Source: Flavobacteriaceae bacterium
GTDB taxonomy: Bacteria; Bacteroidota; Bacteroidia; Flavobacteriales; Flavobacteriaceae
Direction: 5' to 3'
Assembly (NCBI GenBank): GCA_009827225.1
Contig: WUAI01000012.1
Span: forward strand, 488 to 64,487
DNA: 64,000 nt
The notes under the pieces are model-generated. The model searched no databases. It was not told where the DNA came from and saw only the letters and a list, made by a program, of their open reading frames with translations. Shown here piece by piece: positions 57,760 to 64,000 of the stretch. The stretch's first letter is position 1. Every line of letters starts with the position of its first letter. Position numbers and translations under genes: made by a program.

Positions 57760-58467
57760 ATGAAATTACAACTAACTACCTTTTTTGCCCTCATTTTTAG
57801 CCTGGCAGTTTTTGCGGGAATACCCCAAATTGAAAAGCAGGCACTTGCAGATTTGTATGAACAAACCCAAGGAGATCAATGGAATCAGTCGTGGGACTTG
57901 TCCGGTAACCTTGAAGAACTACCGGGTGTGACTGTCGAAAATGGTCATGTGGTAGAGATTCGGATGTTATTTAATAACTTAAATGGTGAGTTGCCGGCCT
58001 CCATTGCCCAATTGTCCAAATTACGTGTACTAGAACTTTCATTCAACAAGCTGTCAGGTGAGATTCCTACCTCCATTGGAAGCCTTCAGGCTTTGGAAGT
58101 ACTTGCACTTAATGGAAACAATCTAACAGGAATTGTTCCTGCAGAAGTAGGTTCGATATCGACGTTAAAACAACTGCATTTAAGTAGCAACAAGCTTTCC
58201 GGTGAACTTCCTTCATCGCTTAACGAATTAACCGAATTGGAGGTGTTTAACGTATTCGATAACAATCTTAATGGAAATGTGCCCGTAGAATTGGCCAAGA
58301 ATAGAAATATCCGAGAATTCATGGTAGCTGAAAACAACTTCATCAACACTCGTGAAGTTTCAACTATTTTACTATCCAACTCGGCTCAAGTGAATTTAAC
58401 CGACAATATTTTAAACCCCTCAGGAAAATCTATCATCGCCATTGAATCCAGTGATGATGAAAATTAA
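57760..58467 (+). CDS. Secreted leucine-rich repeat protein with plant-specific-type 24-residue LRRs
   Basis: Signal peptide MKLQLTTFFALIFSLAVFAG. Repeats include LSKLRVLELSFNKLSGEIPTSIGS, LQALEVLALNGNNLTGIVPAEVGS and ISTLKQLHLSSNKLSGELPSSLNE. I prefer the ATG at 57760. Confidence 0.8.
   Translation: MKLQLTTFFALIFSLAVFAGIPQIEKQALADLYEQTQGDQWNQSWDLSGNLEELPGVTVENGHVVEIRMLFNNLNGELPASIAQLSKLRVLELSFNKLSGEIPTSIGSLQALEVLALNGNNLTGIVPAEVGSISTLKQLHLSSNKLSGELPSSLNELTELEVFNVFDNNLNGNVPVELAKNRNIREFMVAENNFINTREVSTILLSNSAQVNLTDNILNPSGKSIIAIESSDDEN
57946..58341 (+). repeat. Tandem 72-nt (24-codon) LRR coding repeats, about 5.5 units
   Basis: Periodicity read from the translated sequence (LxxLxxLxLxxNxLxGxxPxxxxx). 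Confidence 0.7.
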
Positions 58468-58491
58468 TTTCATATAGTAAAAAAGAGGTTG

Positions 58492-58524
58492 GAGGACTTT
58501 TCATTGAAAGGTCCTCTTTTTTTT
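58492..58524 (+). terminator. Rho-independent terminator after the LRR gene
   Basis: GAGGAC (58492-58497) pairs with GTCCTC (58511-58516), extendable by TTT/AAA. A T8 run follows at 58517-58524. Confidence 0.65.
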
Positions 58525-58643
58525 GGCTTTATTTTGAAAATTTATAAACCGAAAACGTTGTAGTTGCTAAAGAAAATGAAAAGCCTATAATTTTTTGGGG
58601 GTCGTTTTATATCTTTAGCCTTCAATAAATAAGACCAACTAAT

Positions 58644-60584
58644 ATGCGCAACCAAAGTAGAGTTGTAATTGAAAATATTTATCCCCAGGTAAGTGGGGGT
58701 ACCCTTCCCATAAAAGCAGTTGTCGATGAAATTATTCCTGTCCATGCAGATGTACTGGTGGATGGACACGACGTCATAGCAGCATCGGTACTTTTCAAGC
58801 ATGAAAAAGCCAGAAATTGGCAGGAAGTTCGGATGGCTCCATTGGGCAATGACTTGTGGGGAGCGCAATTCAGCGTTGAGAAACAAGGTTTTTATGAATA
58901 CAAGATCCAGGGTTGGATGGATCATGCCTTGAACTGGCAGCATGGTATAGAACGAAAAATCGAGGACGGACAACATGTAAATTCCGAATTGCTCGAAGGC
59001 GCAGAGATTCTTGAAAACATTAAGAAAATGGCTTCCAAAGAAGATGCCAGCTATTTTGAACAATTGCAAAAGGACTTCCGAGATGAATCTGCTTACGAAA
59101 AAGCGGTTCATGAAGCCGTTTCAGAAAAGCTACACCACTTGTTCACCCAATATCCTGTGAAGAAGTTGGCTAATGAGAGTGAACCTCTCTCCATTTATGT
59201 GGATCGTCTGAAGGCCAGATTCAGTACCTGGTATGAGTTCTTCCCACGTTCGGCGTCGAAAGAAGAAGGTCAGCATGGAACATTCAACGATTGTTTGGAC
59301 TTATTACCCCGTGTTGCTAAAATGGGCTTCGACACCCTCTACTTCCCTCCCGTTCACCCTATTGGAGAAGTGAATCGAAAGGGAAAGAACAACACCACGG
59401 AAGCACATTCTGATGATGTAGGCTCCTGCTGGGGAATTGGCTCAAAGGAAGGCGGACATAAAAGCATTCACCCTGATCTGGGGACAGAAGCCGATTTCAA
59501 AAAGCTGGTTTCCGAAGCAAAAAAACTGGGAATAGAAGTGGCCATGGATTTCGCATTGCAAGCTGCACCAGACCATCCCTGGGTGGAAGAGCATCCGGAA
59601 TGGTTTAAATGGAGACCCGATGGCACGGTTCAATACGCCGAAAATCCACCAAAAAAATACCAGGATATCCTTCCTATTTATTTCGAAAGCAAGGATTGGA
59701 AGAACCTATGGGATGAAATGTTATCAACGGCCCTCTATTGGATCGAGGAATTTGGAATACAGGTGTACCGCGTGGATAACCCACATACAAAACCTTACTA
59801 TTTCTGGGGATGGCTCATTTCCGAAGTAAAGAAGAAGCACCCGGATGTATTGTTCTTATCTGAAGCATTTACAAAACCAAAAGTAATGCATCAACTGGCC
59901 AAACAAGGATTCACACAATCTTATACGTATTTTACCTGGCGTAACAGCAAGAATGAACTCATTGAATACCTTACGGAACTCACTCAAACCGACCAACAAT
60001 GGTTTTTCCGACCCAATTTCTGGCCGAACACACCCGATATCAATCCTTGGGCGTTGCAGGGAAGTCATGAAGCCACCTATCTTCAAAAATATTTCCTTGC
60101 GGCAACATTGAGTTCTAACACCGGGGTTTACGGACCTGTCTTCGAATATATGCAGGGAGCGGCCCTTCCCGGAAAAGAGGAATATCTGGACTCTGAAAAA
60201 TTCCAGATCAGGCACTGGGATTGGGGAATTGAAAATAAATTGACCACCCTTATCACCCGAATCAATGAATTGAGGAAAGATCATAAAGCCCTTCAGCAAA
60301 CCAATAACATAAAATTTCTCACTGTTGAGAATGATCAATTACTGGCTTATTACAAATATGATCAACAATTGGAAAGTGAAGTAATTGCTGTAGTGAGTCT
60401 GGACCCTTATTATGCCCAGAATGGATGGGTACAGCTTCCGCTGGAAGACATGGGTATTTCAGAGGGGCATCAGGTGAAGGTATCCGATTTGATCACGAAA
60501 AGCAGTTATATCTGGGACAAGGAATGGAATTTTGTAGAATTACATCCTGCCTTACCATTCCATTTATTCAAAATAGAGAAGTAA
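58644..60584 (+). CDS. glgE: Alpha-1,4-glucan:maltose-1-phosphate maltosyltransferase
   Basis: DUF3416-type N-terminus (RVVIENIYPQVSGGTLPIKAVVDEIIPVHADVLVDGHDVIAA) and YRVDNPHTKP. Confidence 0.88.
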   Translation: MRNQSRVVIENIYPQVSGGTLPIKAVVDEIIPVHADVLVDGHDVIAASVLFKHEKARNWQEVRMAPLGNDLWGAQFSVEKQGFYEYKIQGWMDHALNWQHGIERKIEDGQHVNSELLEGAEILENIKKMASKEDASYFEQLQKDFRDESAYEKAVHEAVSEKLHHLFTQYPVKKLANESEPLSIYVDRLKARFSTWYEFFPRSASKEEGQHGTFNDCLDLLPRVAKMGFDTLYFPPVHPIGEVNRKGKNNTTEAHSDDVGSCWGIGSKEGGHKSIHPDLGTEADFKKLVSEAKKLGIEVAMDFALQAAPDHPWVEEHPEWFKWRPDGTVQYAENPPKKYQDILPIYFESKDWKNLWDEMLSTALYWIEEFGIQVYRVDNPHTKPYYFWGWLISEVKKKHPDVLFLSEAFTKPKVMHQLAKQGFTQSYTYFTWRNSKNELIEYLTELTQTDQQWFFRPNFWPNTPDINPWALQGSHEATYLQKYFLAATLSSNTGVYGPVFEYMQGAALPGKEEYLDSEKFQIRHWDWGIENKLTTLITRINELRKDHKALQQTNNIKFLTVENDQLLAYYKYDQQLESEVIAVVSLDPYYAQNGWVQLPLEDMGISEGHQVKVSDLITKSSYIWDKEWNFVELHPALPFHLFKIEK

Positions 60585-60585
60585 T

Positions 60586-62217
60586 ATGGCAAAACGAGAC
60601 GCCTCTAAAATAAAGTCAGCATCACAATTCAACACCCGTTGGGAAGCCTTAATGGACGACCAGCGTTTTGTGAAGATGTTGCTTTCAGAGGTATTGGAAG
60701 AATATATCACCAAGCAACGATGGTACGGTGGTAAGTCGAGTAAATTGAAATACATCGAACTCACCGAGTATTTCAGGATTCAGCAACACGAAGAAGTGTA
60801 CTACGGTCTTATACTGGAAATTAATTTCGAAGAGGCCTTTTATCAGCATTACTTTATACCGATCGCATTTGTGACGGACGAAAACTTCGCAAAAAAGGAT
60901 AGAATTTTACCTATCACCATCAATGGCGCTGAGGGTCACATCATCGACGCGATCAACCTGGAGGCGTTCCGAAAACTCGTCTTTGAGCGTATCCTTACGG
61001 CCAAGCCCAACGATACAACCCGGGTACAATATCACCGTGGAGACAGTCTTAATGAGACAGAATATATTTCTTCCCGCTTTATGGGAATGGAGCAGAGCAA
61101 TACGTCGGTGATTATCAACGACCGCTGCGTGATCAAGTTCTTCCGAAGAATTTATGCCAATAAGAACCCGGACTATGAAATGTCCAGGTTTCTCTCGGAC
61201 AAAAAAGGATTTAAGAACACCCCTCCCTACCAAGGCTCATTGAATATCAAGGATAGCGATAATATCATTACCACCATTGCCTTAATGCAGGAACTGGTGC
61301 CGAACGAGGGAGATGCGTGGGAATATATGCTGAACGAACTGCACGAAGTATTCAGTAATATCGAAAAGAAGAATGTTTCAATCAAAAGCCTGCCAAATAC
61401 GGAGATTTTCAAACGATTGCCGATTCATGAAGTTCCTCCAGCCGTCGTCGACTGGGTAGGACTGGGAATATTTCAGAAACTACAACAACTGGCTCTCAGA
61501 ACTGCAGAAATGCACATTGCGCTGGGATCCGAGTTTGAGGAAACGGCATTCACGCCGGAGCGATTTAACGGGGACTATGAAGTATGGCTGAAGAATCGAT
61601 TGTTATATCAATTTCAAAATCGCCTGAATACCGTTGAAAATAACCTACACAAACTCGAAGGTCTTACTCTCGAGCTTGCCAACTGGTTTTTGGAACAAAA
61701 GAATGAGATTCGGAAGCGATTTTTGGACTTCGACTGGACTAAGCTGAAAGGAGAACGCCTGCGCGTGCATGGCGATTACCATTTGGGTCAGATCCTGGTG
61801 AAAGACGGAGATTTTTATATCCTGGATTTCGAAGGAGAACCAGAGAGTACGATTCGTGACAGAAAAGTGAAACAACCGCCTCTTAAAGATGTGGCGGGCT
61901 TGTTCCGATCGTTTCACTATGCGGTCTATGCCACCATTTTTAATAACATCGATGAATACCCTTACTCGCAACAAGAGCTTTTCCACGCAGGAGAGCTTTT
62001 GTACCGCTATTTCATTGGAGTTTTTCTGGAAACCTACACACATCGCATCCAGAATGCGAATATTAACATAGGCTATAATCAAGAGCGAATTTTTGTACTG
62101 AAATATTCTATGCTTGAAAAAGCAGTATATGAATTAGGGTACGAAATGAACGCTCGCCCGTTATGGGCCGTGATTCCTCTGGAAGGAATTGCATCAATTA
62201 TGAATGAAGAACAATAA
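60586..62217 (+). CDS. Maltokinase (Pep2/Mak-like, aminoglycoside-phosphotransferase fold)
   Basis: N-terminal cap QRWYGGKS and catalytic-loop HGDYHLGQILV. It lies 1 nt after the glgE stop. Confidence 0.78.
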   Translation: MAKRDASKIKSASQFNTRWEALMDDQRFVKMLLSEVLEEYITKQRWYGGKSSKLKYIELTEYFRIQQHEEVYYGLILEINFEEAFYQHYFIPIAFVTDENFAKKDRILPITINGAEGHIIDAINLEAFRKLVFERILTAKPNDTTRVQYHRGDSLNETEYISSRFMGMEQSNTSVIINDRCVIKFFRRIYANKNPDYEMSRFLSDKKGFKNTPPYQGSLNIKDSDNIITTIALMQELVPNEGDAWEYMLNELHEVFSNIEKKNVSIKSLPNTEIFKRLPIHEVPPAVVDWVGLGIFQKLQQLALRTAEMHIALGSEFEETAFTPERFNGDYEVWLKNRLLYQFQNRLNTVENNLHKLEGLTLELANWFLEQKNEIRKRFLDFDWTKLKGERLRVHGDYHLGQILVKDGDFYILDFEGEPESTIRDRKVKQPPLKDVAGLFRSFHYAVYATIFNNIDEYPYSQQELFHAGELLYRYFIGVFLETYTHRIQNANINIGYNQERIFVLKYSMLEKAVYELGYEMNARPLWAVIPLEGIASIMNEEQ

Positions 62218-62220
62218 TAT

Positions 62221-64000
62221 ATGGAGAAGGTCATTCCACATAGTTTATTTACAGATTTTGACATTGAACTCTTTAAAGCCGGTAAGCACTTCCGACTGTA
62301 CGAAAAAATGGGGGCGCACCTCACGGAAATTGACGGAGTAAAAGGAGTTTACTTTGCGGTTTGGGCGCCTGCCGCCAAAGCGGTTTCTGTGATCGGAGAT
62401 TTTAATTATTGGATTGAAGGCGAACACCCGCTGAACATTCGGTGGGATTCCTCCGGTATCTGGGAAGGGTTCATCCCCGGAGTGCAAAAAGGGACTGCCT
62501 ATAAATACAAGATACATTCGCACCATAACGATATAAAAACTGAAAAAGCCGATCCGTTTGCCTTTCGAACGGAACATCCGCCAAAAACAGCTTCCATAGT
62601 ATGGGACATGACACACGACTGGAAAGATGCTGCCTGGATGAAAAAGCGAAAAGATATCAACCGCCTGGACAAGCCTTTTTCAGTCTATGAGGTCCATTTG
62701 GGATCCTGGATGTATAACACAGCCGAAAACCGACCACTCACCTATCTTGAACTGGCAAAGTCCCTCACGGATTATGTGAAAAAGATGAACTTTACGCATG
62801 TGGAGTTTATGCCGATCATGGAATATCCTTATGATCCGTCCTGGGGTTACCAACTTACCGGATATTTTGCGCCTACTTCGCGTTTTGGAAAACCAGCCGA
62901 CTTTGCCTTGTTGATCGACGAATTGCATAAGAACGACATCGGTGTGATATTAGATTGGGTGCCCTCTCACTTTCCCGAAGATGCACACGGCTTAGGATTC
63001 TTCGACGGGTCCAACTTGTACGAGCATCCCGACAAGCGAAAAGGATATCACCCTGATTGGAAAAGCCTCATTTTCAATTATGGTCGAAACGAAGTACGCG
63101 CATTCCTGATTAGTAATGCAATGTTCTGGCTGGATAGATACCATGCCGATGGATTACGTGTGGATGCCGTTGCATCTATGCTCTACCTTGATTATTCGAG
63201 AGAAGACGGTGAATGGGAACCCAACGAGTTTGGCGGACGGGAAAACCTGGATGCAATCTCATTTTTCAAAGAGTTGAATGAAGCGGTATATGGGAACTTT
63301 GAAGGTGTACAGACGATTGCCGAGGAATCTACCTCTTTCCCAATGGTTTCAAAGCCTACGTATTTGGGCGGACTAGGATTTGGTATGAAGTGGATGATGG
63401 GATGGATGCATGATACACTCGAATACTTCAAAAAAGAGCCTATTTACAGAAAACACCATCAAAACGATATTACGTTCAGTATGACCTATGCGTTTACTGA
63501 GAATTTCATGTTACCCTTGAGTCATGATGAAGTGGTATATGGCAAGCAATCGATTTTAGGAAGAATGCCCGGCGACGAATGGCAGCGTTTTGGGAATTTA
63601 AGGTTATTGTACTCTTATATGTTTACACATCCCGGAAGTAAGCTGTTATTCATGGGAGGCGAGTTCGGACAGGGAGAAGAATGGAATTTCCAGCAAAGCC
63701 TGGATTGGCATTTATTGGATTATGATGTCCACAAGGGAGTTCAAACTCTGGTATCCGATTTGAATAAGTTCTACAGTAAAGAAGTTGCCTTACATGAAAA
63801 ACAATTTGTTGTTGAAGGCTTCGAATGGATCGACTATAACGATGCAGAGAACTCTGTTTTGTCTTACATAAGAAAAGGAAATAACGAAAAAGACGATGTG
63901 ATCCTCGTATGCAATATGACCCCAATGACCCGGGAAAATTATCGCATAGGGCTACCAAAAAAAGGAAAGTATAAATTAATATTCAATAGTGACGAAGCCC
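62221..64000 (+). CDS. glgB: 1,4-alpha-glucan branching enzyme; its 3' end lies beyond the window edge
   Basis: MEKVIPHSLFTDFDIELFKAGKHFRLYEKMGAHL..., WAPAAKAVSVIGDFNYW and ADGLRVDAVASMLYLDYSR. The frame is open to the window end, so it is absent from the ORF track. Confidence 0.92.
   Translation, partial: MEKVIPHSLFTDFDIELFKAGKHFRLYEKMGAHLTEIDGVKGVYFAVWAPAAKAVSVIGDFNYWIEGEHPLNIRWDSSGIWEGFIPGVQKGTAYKYKIHSHHNDIKTEKADPFAFRTEHPPKTASIVWDMTHDWKDAAWMKKRKDINRLDKPFSVYEVHLGSWMYNTAENRPLTYLELAKSLTDYVKKMNFTHVEFMPIMEYPYDPSWGYQLTGYFAPTSRFGKPADFALLIDELHKNDIGVILDWVPSHFPEDAHGLGFFDGSNLYEHPDKRKGYHPDWKSLIFNYGRNEVRAFLISNAMFWLDRYHADGLRVDAVASMLYLDYSREDGEWEPNEFGGRENLDAISFFKELNEAVYGNFEGVQTIAEESTSFPMVSKPTYLGGLGFGMKWMMGWMHDTLEYFKKEPIYRKHHQNDITFSMTYAFTENFMLPLSHDEVVYGKQSILGRMPGDEWQRFGNLRLLYSYMFTHPGSKLLFMGGEFGQGEEWNFQQSLDWHLLDYDVHKGVQTLVSDLNKFYSKEVALHEKQFVVEGFEWIDYNDAENSVLSYIRKGNNEKDDVILVCNMTPMTRENYRIGLPKKGKYKLIFNSDEA

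Noticed and set aside
58542-60338. 189-aa and 160-aa minus-strand ORFs (58542-59111 and 59856-60338)
   Set aside because: Both lie antisense to glgE. The first also spans the glgE promoter region, but its sequence is hydrophobic and low in complexity with no recognisable fold.
1-64000. Search for rRNA, tRNA, CRISPR arrays, transposases, integrases and phage genes
   Set aside because: No cloverleaf-like sequences appear in the intergenic gaps. There are no regularly spaced direct repeats, and no ORF carries recombinase, transposase or phage structural motifs. The window looks like core chromosome plus one glycan locus.

Overview
This 64-kb window reads as a chromosomal segment of a Flavobacteriia-type Bacteroidota genome. 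Supporting signs are two T9SS C-terminal sorting domains, TAnnTTTG -7 boxes, no Shine-Dalgarno sequences, and an AT-rich composition by eye. I count about 55 protein genes. I recognised no rRNA, tRNA, CRISPR array, transposase or integrase. All product calls come from motif recognition by eye; no database search was run.

Layout:
- 1-15046: one tightly packed 17-gene minus-strand Wzx/Wzy polysaccharide operon. It carries its own PAPS cycle (cysD, cysN, cysC, cysQ plus a DUF2061 membrane protein) and two sulfotransferases, so I predict a sulfated surface glycan.
- 15-32 kb: envelope and housekeeping genes. These include a metallophosphoesterase-Omp85 fusion, an HD+PycTM-like membrane protein convergent with a large GAF protein, tlpA-like, SIMPL, rhomboid, lpxL-like, glmM, acpH and ggt.
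- 32-48 kb: an orphan 4-TM protein, uvrA, LOG, secreted T9SS proteins, a Spo0M-like gene coupled to a voltage-gated channel, a fused E1 dehydrogenase and asnB.
- 48-58 kb: menB, pepC, menD-menF-thioesterase and a plant-type LRR protein.
- 58.6-64 kb: glgE, maltokinase and glgB (the GlgE alpha-glucan pathway).

The most interesting signal is missed by the ORF track. A 16-codon ORF with 7 consecutive Asn codons is followed by mutually exclusive antiterminator and terminator helices just upstream of asnB. This is a candidate asparagine-sensing leader-peptide attenuator.
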